Notes: generated by a model from the sequence alone, not told the origin. A DNA stretch of 64,000 bases from Alphaproteobacteria bacterium (GCA_964291415.2 OZ219919.1:64001-128000), one strand, 5' to 3'. Positions 50,012 to 59,275 are shown, numbered from the stretch's first letter. Numbers and translations: made by a program.

Positions 50012-51495
50012 CCGTGCCGGCACAGGCCGACGTCATCGTGATCGGAGGCGGCAACGCCGCCCATTGCGCAGCACTCGGCGCCCGCGATGCCGGCAGCAAC
50101 GTCCTCATGATCGAACGCGCGCCCGCCGAAGAAGCCGGCGGCAACAGCCGGTTCACGGCCGGCGCCATGCGGACGGTCTATGACGGGATCGAGGACTTGA
50201 GGACGCTCATGCCCGATCTGTCTGACGAGGAGATCGCCCGGTCCGACTTCGGCACCTACAGCAGGGAAGACTTCCTTGACGACATGGGACGTGTGACTCG
50301 CTACCGCTGCGATCCCGACCTGGCGGACTACCTTGTGACGAGAAGTCGCGACACCCTTGTGTGGATGCGTTCCAAGGGCATCCGCTTCCAGCCGATGTGG
50401 CGACGGCAGGCGTTCGAAGTCGACGGGCGTTTCCGCTTCTGGGGAGGACTTGCCGTCGAGGTGGCCGGCGGCGGCGAGGGACTCATCGACGGTCTTTCGC
50501 GAGCCGCCCGGAAGGCTGGAGTCCGCCTCATCCACGAAGCAAGGGCCGTCGAACTTGTCAGGGAGGACACCCGGGTCACCGGTGTCAGGGTCCTGCATGA
50601 CGGTGCGTTCCATACCATCGCCGCGGGCGCGGTGGTGCTGGCCTGCGGCGGCTTCGAGGCGAACCATGAATGGCGCGCCCGCTACCTCGGCCCGGGCTGG
50701 GATCTGGCACGGGTGCGCGGCAGCCGCTTCAATTCGGGCGACGGCATCCGCATGGCCCTCGACATCGGCGCCGCGCCCTTTGGGCACTGGTCGGGGTGCC
50801 ACGCCGTCGCCTGGGACCTCAATGCCCCGGAGTTTGGCGACCTGTCCGTCGGCGACGGCTTCCAGAAGCACTCCTATCCCTTCTCCGTCATGATCAACGC
50901 GAGAGGAGAGAGATTCCTCGACGAAGGCGCCGATTTCCGGAACTACACCTATGCGAAGTACGGAGCCGAGATCCTCAACCAGCCGGAGCAGCTGGCCTGG
51001 CAGGTCTTCGATGCCAAGGTGTCCGGACTGCTGCGTGACGAGTACCGCATACGCCAGGTGACACGGGTTCGCGCCCCGACCCTCGAGGATCTCGTCTCGC
51101 GCATGGAGGGTGTCGACGGTGCAGCGGCCCTGGCCACGATCAGGTCCTTCAATGCCGCCGTCCGGCAGGACATCGCCTTCGACCCCTCGGTCAGGGACGG
51201 ACGGTCCGCCGAAGGGCTGGCCATCCCCAAGTCGAACTGGGCCAACACCATCGATGAGCCTCCCTTCGAGGCCTATGCCGTCACCTGCGGTGTCACCTTC
51301 ACGTTTGGCGGCCTGCGCATCGACACCGCCGCCAACGTTCTCGACAGCGACTTGAGGCCAATCGACGGTCTCCATGCCGCCGGTGAACTCGTCGGCGGCC
51401 TCTTCTACTTCAACTACCCAGGTGGCACCGGCCTCACCTCGGGGGCGGTCTTCGGACGCCTGGCCGGCCAGTCGGCGGCCGCCAGCGCATCGTGA
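50008..51495 (+). CDS. tcuA: FAD-dependent tricarballylate dehydrogenase TcuA/CobZ-like flavoprotein
   Basis: VIGGGNAA, GGNSRFTAG, CGGFEAN, WSGCHAV, RFLDEGADFRNYTYAKYG, TFTFGGL, NYPGGTGLTSGAVFGR. Confidence 0.85.
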   Translation: MTVPAQADVIVIGGGNAAHCAALGARDAGSNVLMIERAPAEEAGGNSRFTAGAMRTVYDGIEDLRTLMPDLSDEEIARSDFGTYSREDFLDDMGRVTRYRCDPDLADYLVTRSRDTLVWMRSKGIRFQPMWRRQAFEVDGRFRFWGGLAVEVAGGGEGLIDGLSRAARKAGVRLIHEARAVELVREDTRVTGVRVLHDGAFHTIAAGAVVLACGGFEANHEWRARYLGPGWDLARVRGSRFNSGDGIRMALDIGAAPFGHWSGCHAVAWDLNAPEFGDLSVGDGFQKHSYPFSVMINARGERFLDEGADFRNYTYAKYGAEILNQPEQLAWQVFDAKVSGLLRDEYRIRQVTRVRAPTLEDLVSRMEGVDGAAALATIRSFNAAVRQDIAFDPSVRDGRSAEGLAIPKSNWANTIDEPPFEAYAVTCGVTFTFGGLRIDTAANVLDSDLRPIDGLHAAGELVGGLFYFNYPGGTGLTSGAVFGRLAGQSAAASAS

Positions 51496-51751
51496 CCGGA
51501 GGCGATGTGGCCTCCGGAACCGGCAGGCCATGGAGTCTCGCTGCACCATCCGCGGCGCTCCGCGACAGACCGCATGCAGACCTCCCCTGTCCGCGCGGCC
51601 CGGTCTTCGAATCGCTGAGCGCGATGGCGCCCTGGCCGATGTCGCGCCAGTGCAGACCGGAGTCTTTGCTGCGGCGGCATCCTGTTTTCCTTGCCGGGTT
51701 GCGCGACGTGCCTTCGCATGCTGCCAATCCAGCGACGACCGGTCAGTTCCC

Positions 51752-51784
51752 TTGCTAATATAACGAACAATGTTAAATTAGCAA
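51752..51784. promoter_or_regulatory. 13-7-13 palindrome abutting the ATPase start codon
   Basis: TTGCTAATATAAC-GAACAAT-GTTAAATTAGCAA (1 mismatch); its last A is the A of the ATG. Confidence 0.8.
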
Positions 51785-52953
51785 TGATGATAGATCGCAG
51801 ACACACACGGCAAGTCCTGCAGTTTCTCGAAGAGAGTCCCGCTGTTGCGCTTCTGGGGCCGCGCCAGGTCGGAAAGACCACGCTCGCGCGCACCATCGCG
51901 GCTGAATCCCCCAACTGCCTGTACCTCGATCTCGAGAATCCACGTGATGTCGCCCGTCTCGCGGATGCGGGCCGGTATCTCGAGCTCCATGCCGACCGGT
52001 TGGTGATCCTGGACGAGATCCAGCGGATGCCCGATCTCTTTCGAGTGCTGCGAGGGCAGATTGACGAGCGCCGTCGCAGCGGCCGGCGTTCGCGACACTT
52101 TCTTCTCCTCGGGTCGGCTTCGGACAGGCTGATGCGGCAATCGTCGGAGTCGCTCGCCGGCCGCATCATCTATCACGAGCTGCCGGGGCTGGATGCTCTG
52201 GAAGTTGGGTCCGATCACGATTCTCTTTGGCTCCGTGGCGGCTTTCCCGACTCCTTTACCGCCCGAAGCGATGCGGCGAGCGCCCGCTGGCGTCTCAACT
52301 TCGTTCGCACCTATCTGGAGCGCGACATCCCGCAGTTCGGCGTGCGCGTGCCAGCCGAAACCCTGCGGCGCTTCTGGACGATGCTCGGCCACCGCCAGGG
52401 TTGTCTCCTGAACGCCTCGGAGCTTGCCCGCAGTCTCGATGTCTCGGTGCCCACGGTGACGCGTTACGTGGACCTCCTGTCGGACCTGATGCTGGTCCGC
52501 CGGCTGCCTCCCTGGTTCGCCAACGTCGGCAAGCGCCTGGTCAAGACCCCCAAGGTCTACATTCGCGACAGCGGGGTCCTGCATTCACTGCTGGGACTCG
52601 GCACCCTCGACGACGTGCTCTCCCATCCGGTGATCGGGGCGAGCTGGGAAGGCTTCGTGATCGAGAACCTGATCGCGGCCGCCCCCTTCGGGACGGACGC
52701 CTGGTTCTATCGCACCCGGGCGGGAGCGGAGATCGACCTCCTGCTGAACATGCCTGACCGCCGCCTGTGGGCGGTCGAGGTGAAGCGAAGCGCCGCGCCC
52801 AGGGCCGGAAAGGGATTCGAAATCGGCGCCTCCGACCTTGACGTGGACGAGCGATTCGTCGTGCACCCCGGCCACGAGACATTCCCGCTGTCCCGGACGA
52901 CCACCGCGGTCCCTCTGGTGGACCTGATGGCACGGCTCGAAGCGCTCGCCTGA
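51784..52953 (+). CDS. AAA_14 ATPase with DUF4143 (PD-(D/E)xK-like) domain
   Basis: GPRQVGKTT, ILDEIQ, LGSAS, SESLAGR, LRGGFP, YLERDI, KTPKVYIRDSG, GAEIDLL...AVEVK. Confidence 0.93.
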   Translation: MMIDRRHTRQVLQFLEESPAVALLGPRQVGKTTLARTIAAESPNCLYLDLENPRDVARLADAGRYLELHADRLVILDEIQRMPDLFRVLRGQIDERRRSGRRSRHFLLLGSASDRLMRQSSESLAGRIIYHELPGLDALEVGSDHDSLWLRGGFPDSFTARSDAASARWRLNFVRTYLERDIPQFGVRVPAETLRRFWTMLGHRQGCLLNASELARSLDVSVPTVTRYVDLLSDLMLVRRLPPWFANVGKRLVKTPKVYIRDSGVLHSLLGLGTLDDVLSHPVIGASWEGFVIENLIAAAPFGTDAWFYRTRAGAEIDLLLNMPDRRLWAVEVKRSAAPRAGKGFEIGASDLDVDERFVVHPGHETFPLSRTTTAVPLVDLMARLEALA

Positions 52954-53022
52954 CCTTGCGGCAAGGAGTTCATTCCACGACAGGCGCCTGTGCCAGCTGC
53001 GCTGTGTGGACTCCGTGACGCG

Positions 53023-53110
53023 ACTGCGTCGGGTGTGAGCCCGAGACGGGCATCGGAACGCAGGTCCTCCGGCGCGACGTCATCGGGATCGTCGAATGAG
53101 AGAGCGAGAG
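53023..53110 (-). pseudogene. Fragment of the AraC/GyrI gene (diverged copy of 58561-58648)
   Basis: LALSFDDPDDVAPEDLRSDARLGLTPDAV versus LTLSFDDPGDVAPENLRSDACLELATDAV. Confidence 0.85.
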
Positions 53111-53121
53111 TAGCTGCCTGT

Positions 53122-53258
53122 TTCAACGATCCAGGCGGCACCGGCCTCGCGTCGGGTGCGGTCTTCGGACGCCTGGCCGGCCGGTCGGCAGCCGCCCATG
53201 CATCACGACCGTGAGCGGTGGGGCGCCGGCAGAGCTTCCGGAACAGGGCCATGAGACC
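53122..53258 (+). repeat. Diverged direct copy of the tcuA 3' end and downstream region (51409-51540)
   Basis: TTCAACGATCCAGGCGGCACCGGCCTC...GGTCTTCGGACGCCTGGCCGGCC; about 13 mismatches over the first 90 bp by hand count. Confidence 0.9.
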
Positions 53259-53519
53259 GGGGATCGCCCGCCGGAGGTGATGACAATACTCATGGAGCCG
53301 TTTGCCGACCTCCAGGGCGACGCTGATCCCTGCCGGTTCCCCGCCCGATGCCAGCCGGTAGCACGTTCGTCGGGATCCCTTGATCCCCTCCAGGGGCAGG
53401 GTGTTGCCGGTGACGGTCCCTGACCGATGTCGTTCTCACGAGGCCCCCCGCACAACAGGCTCGAGCCCGAGCCGTGGTCGGTTGACAAGGGCCTCCGCTC
53501 CCGGACCATGGGCCCGTCG

Positions 53520-54227
53520 ATGACCATCGGGAGAGAGACCCTGACCTTCATCATTCCGCCGGGAGAGCCCGTGGGCCTTGCCGTCGAAGGCAGAACCGGG
53601 CTCTTCCCCGTGGGCCGCGTCTTCTGCATCGGGCGCAACTATGCCAACCATGCGATTGAGATGGGCGGCGATCCGGAACGGGAGGAGCCGTTCTTCTTCG
53701 CCAAGCCGGCCTCGGCGATCATCCCGGGGGGAGGATCGCTTCCCTATCCTCCCGCCACCGCCAGCCTGCACCACGAGGTCGAACTCGTCGTCGCGCTTGC
53801 TTCGGGTGGCCGGAACCTCTCCCGGTCGGTAGCGCGCGAGGCCATCTTCGGCCATGCCGTGGGCATCGATTTGACGCGCCGCGACCTTCAGGACATCGCC
53901 AAGAAATCGGGGAGACCCTGGGACATGGCCAAGGGTTTCGATGCCTCCGGTCCGGTGGGCGCCCTCGTGCCGGCGGAACGCCGGGAACCGCGCGAGGAAG
54001 CCTCGATCACGCTCGACGTGAACGGCGAAAGACGGCAGTCGGGGACCCTCGGCCAGATGATCTGGAAGCCTGACGAGTCACTCGCCTTTCTCTCCACCCT
54101 GGTGGAACTCAAGCCCGGAGATCTCGTCTTCACCGGCACGCCTGCCGGCGTCGGCGCGGTCGTCCGGGGCGACCGCATCGCCGCCCGGATCACGGGACTT
54201 CCCGCGCTGCACTGCACAATCGTGTGA
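53520..54227 (+). CDS. Fumarylacetoacetate hydrolase family protein
   Basis: VFCIGRNYANHA, FFAKP, HHEVEL, DLTRRDLQ, GRPWDMAKGFD, FTGTPAGVG. Confidence 0.93.
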   Translation: MTIGRETLTFIIPPGEPVGLAVEGRTGLFPVGRVFCIGRNYANHAIEMGGDPEREEPFFFAKPASAIIPGGGSLPYPPATASLHHEVELVVALASGGRNLSRSVAREAIFGHAVGIDLTRRDLQDIAKKSGRPWDMAKGFDASGPVGALVPAERREPREEASITLDVNGERRQSGTLGQMIWKPDESLAFLSTLVELKPGDLVFTGTPAGVGAVVRGDRIAARITGLPALHCTIV

Positions 54228-54566
54228 GAATCCTCCACGGTCCGCTCGCGACCTCCAGGCCATCAAGGACGCGGTCATCGGGGCCAGAATGACAAGGAGG
54301 CATACGCGACACGCATAGGACGTGTCCTGAAGCGCCATGCTGATTCGCGGGACATCGGTGACACCAGCGGTCTCGGCTCTGCCGACCTCGATGATCTCGC
54401 CGCTTTGCGGCCACCACGCCGGAAACAGCCGACTGCATGCTTCCGCGCCACCGTCACAAGGACCAAGGCGGGTGTGCGACGGCATTGCACACAGGGACGC
54501 ACCAGGGTCGGGGGCCCGGCCGCGTGTTGGGCCGTCGGCCGGCAATGCGATGCGGCCGAGCTGAAG

Positions 54567-56915
54567 CTAGATTTCGTCGTGACGCGGCATGCGGTAGCCG
54601 ACTCGCCGTTCGGTCAGGATGTAGGTCGGCTCGGCGCTGTCCTCGCCAAGCTTGCCGCGCAACCGCTTGACGTAGGCGCGCACGAGCTTCGGGTTGGCGT
54701 AGCTCTTCCCGCTCCACACCTGGCGCAGCAGCGCATCGTAGGTCGCCACTCGGCCCTGGCCAAGCGACAGCACGCGCAGCAGATCGTATTCAGTCGCCGT
54801 CAGCTCCACTTCCCGTCCTTCGAGCATGACCCGCCGGTGGGCATAGTCGATGGCGAGCGCGCCCAGCACGAACGGGTCGGGCTCGGCACGGCGGCGCAAT
54901 GCCGCCCCGATCCGCGCCGTCAACTCGGTGGCCGAGAAGGGCTTGACAACATAATCCTCGGCGCCGGCCTCAAGGGCGCGTGCGATGGTCTCGTCGCGCC
55001 CGTAGCCGGAGATGAAGATGACGGGAACGTCGGTCAGTTCGGGTACCGTCTCCATCAGTTCGATGCCGTCGGTCCCGGGCAACACCAGGTCGAGGACGAC
55101 CAGCACGGGCTTTTGCGCCTCGAGGAGGTCGCGCAGCTGGTGGTGGTCGGTGGCGACCAGGGGGGCATAGCCCTCCCCAAGCAGCGCGTCACGCACGAAG
55201 CGCAGCATCTGCGGGTCGTCGTCCACCACCAGGATACGCGGCCGCACCCCGGCTCCATGCGCCGCAGCGTGCCGACCCTGCGCCGCGCCTGCTTCGCCGC
55301 CCACCTTCCCGACCTGCGGCAAGATGAAGGTGAACCGCGCGCCCCGGCCCGGCCCGGCGCTCTCGGCCCGGATGCGCCCGCCATGCGCCTCCACAAGGCC
55401 CTTGCAGATGGCGAGACCCAGTCCGCCCCCGACGCCGGGCTCGCCGTCGCCGGCGCCGCCGTACTTTCGGAACAGGCGCGCCAGGCGCTCCGGCGCCATC
55501 CCCCTTCCCTCGTCCGTCACCGAGACCGCGACATGCGCGCTGTCGCACTCCGCCGCGATTCGGATGGGGACACTCTCCGGAGAGTGCCGCGCGGCGTTGG
55601 CGAGCAGGTTGTTCAGGACCTGTACGATTCGCCCCCGGTCGGCCATCACGCGGGGAAGGTCCACCGGAAGGTCGATGTGCACCGCATGCCGGGCGTCGCC
55701 GGACAGGAACGCGGTGCGCGCCTGCTCGACCAGCTCGCCCACCTCCGTGGGCTCGGGTGCGACCGAGAGCGTGCCGGAGTCGATCCTGCCCGCGTCGAGC
55801 AAGTCGCCGATCAACCCGCTCATCCGGTCGGCCTGCTGGTCGATGATGCGGAAGAACTGCCGCGTTTCCGCGGAGCCGAAGCTCTGCGGCGTGTTCAGCA
55901 CCGTCGCAGTTGATCCCTTGATGGCGGCGAGCGGCGTGCGCAGCTCGTGGCTCACCATGCCGAGGAACTCCGCTCGCATCCGGTCGAGTGCCTGGAGCGG
56001 GGCGAGGTCCTGCAGGGTGACCATCACCGATACGACGGTGCCGTCTTCGGCCTGGATTGGCGTGACGTTGGCCAGCACGCTGACGCTGCGCCCGTCGGAG
56101 GTCTCGAGAACGACCTCTTCGGCGCGGACCGTCTCGGCGCCGCTCAGCGCCGGGGCCAGCTCGGCGCGGTCGAGCGCAATCTCGCGACCGTCCGGGAGGC
56201 GGCACGTGATCGTGTCAAGCCATTCCTCGAATGGACGGCCCGGGGCGTGCAGGATGTCGCCCAGGCGCCGGGCCTCGCGGTTGGACATTTCCGCCTGCCC
56301 GGTCCGCGGGTCGAATACCACGACGGCGACCGGCGAAGTCTCGACCAGGGCCTCGAGGTCGGCGCGGACGCGCTGTTCGGCCCGGAAGGCGCGGGCGTTG
56401 ACGATGGCGGCCGCTGCTTGCGCGGCGAACAGCAGCTGCGCCTCCTCGTCGTCGCTGGTGAACTCGCCCCCTGCCGTCTTGTCGCCCAGGAAGAAGTTGC
56501 CGACATGCACGCCGAGATGGCGTATCGGCGTGCACATGCAGGCGCGCGAGAGCATGAACTCCCAGGACGCGCCCATTGCGCGCGCGTAGTCGGCAAAGTC
56601 CGCGATCTGGAACGGCCCGGGCAGGTCGCGCAGGCGTCGGAACATCTCGGGTCCGTCGGGCCATTGTTCCAGTTGGCGGTGCTCGTCCTCGGTCATGCCC
56701 GAGGTGACGAAATCCAGCGGCGTGCCGGTCTCGTCGATGGTGACGATGCATCCGTCCCGCGCACCGGTGAGGGCACGGGCGCCATCGATCGTCTCACGCA
56801 GCACGGTCTCGAGGTCGAGACTCGCGCTGATGCGCAGCAGAGCTCTGCTCAGGGAAGAAAGGCGCGTCTCGTCGGGCGCCGGGTTCGCGGCAGGAGGGTC
56901 GGGCGGCGCGGTCAT
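54567..56915 (-). CDS. Fused GAF-PAS-histidine kinase-REC-OmpR winged-helix regulator
   Basis: SHELRTPL, NLLANA, DEGRG, GLGLAI, VVDDD, VLDLVLPGTDG, YVVKPF, LTATEYDLL, VKRLRGKL, ERRVGYR. Confidence 0.92.
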   Translation of the reverse strand: MTAPPDPPAANPAPDETRLSSLSRALLRISASLDLETVLRETIDGARALTGARDGCIVTIDETGTPLDFVTSGMTEDEHRQLEQWPDGPEMFRRLRDLPGPFQIADFADYARAMGASWEFMLSRACMCTPIRHLGVHVGNFFLGDKTAGGEFTSDDEEAQLLFAAQAAAAIVNARAFRAEQRVRADLEALVETSPVAVVVFDPRTGQAEMSNREARRLGDILHAPGRPFEEWLDTITCRLPDGREIALDRAELAPALSGAETVRAEEVVLETSDGRSVSVLANVTPIQAEDGTVVSVMVTLQDLAPLQALDRMRAEFLGMVSHELRTPLAAIKGSTATVLNTPQSFGSAETRQFFRIIDQQADRMSGLIGDLLDAGRIDSGTLSVAPEPTEVGELVEQARTAFLSGDARHAVHIDLPVDLPRVMADRGRIVQVLNNLLANAARHSPESVPIRIAAECDSAHVAVSVTDEGRGMAPERLARLFRKYGGAGDGEPGVGGGLGLAICKGLVEAHGGRIRAESAGPGRGARFTFILPQVGKVGGEAGAAQGRHAAAHGAGVRPRILVVDDDPQMLRFVRDALLGEGYAPLVATDHHQLRDLLEAQKPVLVVLDLVLPGTDGIELMETVPELTDVPVIFISGYGRDETIARALEAGAEDYVVKPFSATELTARIGAALRRRAEPDPFVLGALAIDYAHRRVMLEGREVELTATEYDLLRVLSLGQGRVATYDALLRQVWSGKSYANPKLVRAYVKRLRGKLGEDSAEPTYILTERRVGYRMPRHDEI

Positions 56916-57008
56916 CGGTGGCTCCTTGCTCTCGTTTCGCGGCCTGCGCGGCGAGCCTCAGGGGTGGGTGGAGACGGGTGAAAGTTTCCATATATTCGCA
57001 TCATGAAC

Positions 57009-57041
57009 CGTACAATTATCATACAATTCGCATAACACATT
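57009..57041. promoter_or_regulatory. 11-bp-period direct repeats in a divergent AT-rich promoter
   Basis: CGTACAATTAT CATACAATTCG CATAACACATT, followed by TATACT. Confidence 0.6.
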
Positions 57042-57106
57042 GTATACTGCGTGTTCTCACCAACGAAGCCGGTGATCATCAGCGTTCACAAACGAAGGGA
57101 GTAACG

Positions 57107-58178
57107 TTGTGAATCGAAGAATCAGAGGAGGGATTGTGGGGTTCATGTCGGCGGCCGTCCTGGCGATTGCCGGGACCGCGAGTGCGGACAGCAACGAACC
57201 GATCAAGATTCCCATCAAGAACTGGTCGAGCCAGATCGTCATGGCCCACGTCATCGGTGGCATCTTCGAGAGCATCGGCGCCACCGTCGAGTACGTGCCT
57301 GTCGACAACCAGGCGAGTTTCGAGGCCGTGCGCGTCGGCGACATCCACATCCTTCACGAGGTGTGGCAGTCGACCATGCAGAATGCCTACTACAGCGCCA
57401 TGGAGAAGGGCGGCCTGATCGATGCGGGCACCCATGACGCCGAGACGCTGGAGGAGATGGGTGTGCCGAACTGGGTGATCGACCAGGGCCTGTGCCCCGG
57501 CCTGCCCGCCTGGGAGGCGCTCAAGGACTGCTATGCCAACTTTGCCACCCCGGATTCCGGCGGCAAGGGCCGCTGGCTCGAAGGTCCCCAGAGCTGGCAC
57601 GGCGACATCATGCCCAACCGCATCAAGGGGCTGGGGCTCGACGACACCTGGGTGGTCAAGTTTGCCGGTGCTGCCGATGCCCTGTGGGCCGAACTCGAGG
57701 CGGCCAAGAAGGAAGGACGCGGCACGATCATCTTCAACTGGACCCCGAACTTCACGGATGCCGAAGGGTTCACCTTCATCGAGTTTCCGCCCTACTACGA
57801 CGGTTGCCGCATCGTCGATGGCGGCGACCTGAGTTCCACGGGTTGCGGCTCACCGGTCGGCTGGCTGAAGAAGGGAGCGCATTACAGGCTTCCGAAGACC
57901 CATCCCCAGGCCTACACGGTGTTCTCGAAACTCACGTTCAACACGCCGCAGATCGGCTCCATGGCGGCTCTGGTCGATCTCGACAAGATGACCCATGAGG
58001 ATGCCGCGGCCAAGTGGCTGGCTGACAACGAGGACGTCTGGAAGCCCTGGACCGAATCGGTTCTCGGCGAAAGCAACTGAACGCAGCTCTCGGGCAAGGC
58101 AATCCTGCCTTGCGTGACATTTCTGTCGGGCCCTCCGTCACCGGAGGGCCCGATTGCATTAGAGCATTGACCCGGCCG
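57107..58178 (+). repeat. 1,072-bp inverted repeat, copy B
   Basis: Reverse complement of 36457-37528, including both downstream hairpins. Confidence 0.95.
57109..58080 (+). CDS. TmoX-like substrate-binding protein, orphan copy B
   Basis: Protein identical to copy A except residue 5 (I versus M); no permease or ATPase follows. Confidence 0.92.
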   Translation: MNRRIRGGIVGFMSAAVLAIAGTASADSNEPIKIPIKNWSSQIVMAHVIGGIFESIGATVEYVPVDNQASFEAVRVGDIHILHEVWQSTMQNAYYSAMEKGGLIDAGTHDAETLEEMGVPNWVIDQGLCPGLPAWEALKDCYANFATPDSGGKGRWLEGPQSWHGDIMPNRIKGLGLDDTWVVKFAGAADALWAELEAAKKEGRGTIIFNWTPNFTDAEGFTFIEFPPYYDGCRIVDGGDLSSTGCGSPVGWLKKGAHYRLPKTHPQAYTVFSKLTFNTPQIGSMAALVDLDKMTHEDAAAKWLADNEDVWKPWTESVLGESN

Positions 58179-58313
58179 GTGACCGGAAGGCTGGACCCTG
58201 ACACCAAGGCCCGGGCCGTGTGTTCGCTCGCCGCTGAAGGTGTCCTCGAAGAAGGAGGCCCCGGCATCGACCTCCGCCAGCCGCACATTGAGCGCCACGG
58301 GCACCTGTTTCTG

Positions 58314-59204
58314 TCAGGGCGAGGGCGCTGGTTTCAACGGAACACAGAGATCGGTCAGCAGATCGGCGAGCGGGGTGTCAAGCGGCGAGTTTCGGTAGAT
58401 CTCCATGTCCGGGCGATCATCGATGTCCTCGCCGCTTTGCGGCAACCACAGCGAATACATCCGCCGATATGCTTCCGCAATGCCGTCGTAGGGACCACGA
58501 TGGGTATAGATGGCGTAGCGCCCGGCAGGCAACGTGTCGAGGGTGATGCCGGGCGGCGGTACCGCGTCGGTTGCGAGTTCGAGGCAGGCATCGGAACGCA
58601 GGTTCTCTGGCGCAACATCGCCGGGATCGTCGAACGAGAGGGTGAGAATGCGTCCAGGCGTCGCGCCGACGCTTGCCGCCCACGCGAACAGGCGGTGGAA
58701 GCACGGGCCTACTTCGTCGTAGGGGCCGACATGGCGAATGCGGGCCACGCTGATGTCTTCGATGGTCTCGATGCGGATATCCATGTTGATGTCTCCTGTT
58801 GGCAGATCGATGTCCAGGCGTCCGGCGCCAGGGTCGTACCTGACCCGTGACGCCGGACCAGCAAGGGACGGAGGCGTTGAGACCGTGCGGTAGCGGCCCG
58901 GGCTCATCCCGCAGGCGCGGCGGAACGCTCTCGAAAAGGCCTCGGCCGAGTTGTAGCCCGCGTCCAGGGCAACATCGAGCACGTCGACGCTCTCATGACG
59001 AAGGCGCCAGGCGGCCCTCTCCAGACGCAACCGCCGCACGAGGCCGGCAATCGAATCGCCGGTCATGGCGCGGAACATGCGCTGGCAATGGAAACGAGAG
59101 AATGCCGCTTCGGCAGCCACTTCCTCGACCGTCCACGGATGATCGAGGCGCTCTGCAACGGCTTCAAGAGCCCGGATCAGCCGGCGGTGGGTCACGGAAC
59201 GCAT
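58314..59204 (-). CDS. AraC family regulator with GyrI-like effector domain
   Basis: SRFHCQRMF, RLRLERAA, DAGYNSAEAFSRAFRR, RHVGPYDEV, HRGPYDG, EIYRNSP, LLTDLCVPL. Confidence 0.95.
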   Translation of the reverse strand: MRSVTHRRLIRALEAVAERLDHPWTVEEVAAEAAFSRFHCQRMFRAMTGDSIAGLVRRLRLERAAWRLRHESVDVLDVALDAGYNSAEAFSRAFRRACGMSPGRYRTVSTPPSLAGPASRVRYDPGAGRLDIDLPTGDINMDIRIETIEDISVARIRHVGPYDEVGPCFHRLFAWAASVGATPGRILTLSFDDPGDVAPENLRSDACLELATDAVPPPGITLDTLPAGRYAIYTHRGPYDGIAEAYRRMYSLWLPQSGEDIDDRPDMEIYRNSPLDTPLADLLTDLCVPLKPAPSP

Positions 59205-59275
59205 GAGCCCAGCGTCGCACGGATCCCGCACCATGGGCATGACCGGATGTGCGGTTCTTCATCGATTGCCCGGTC

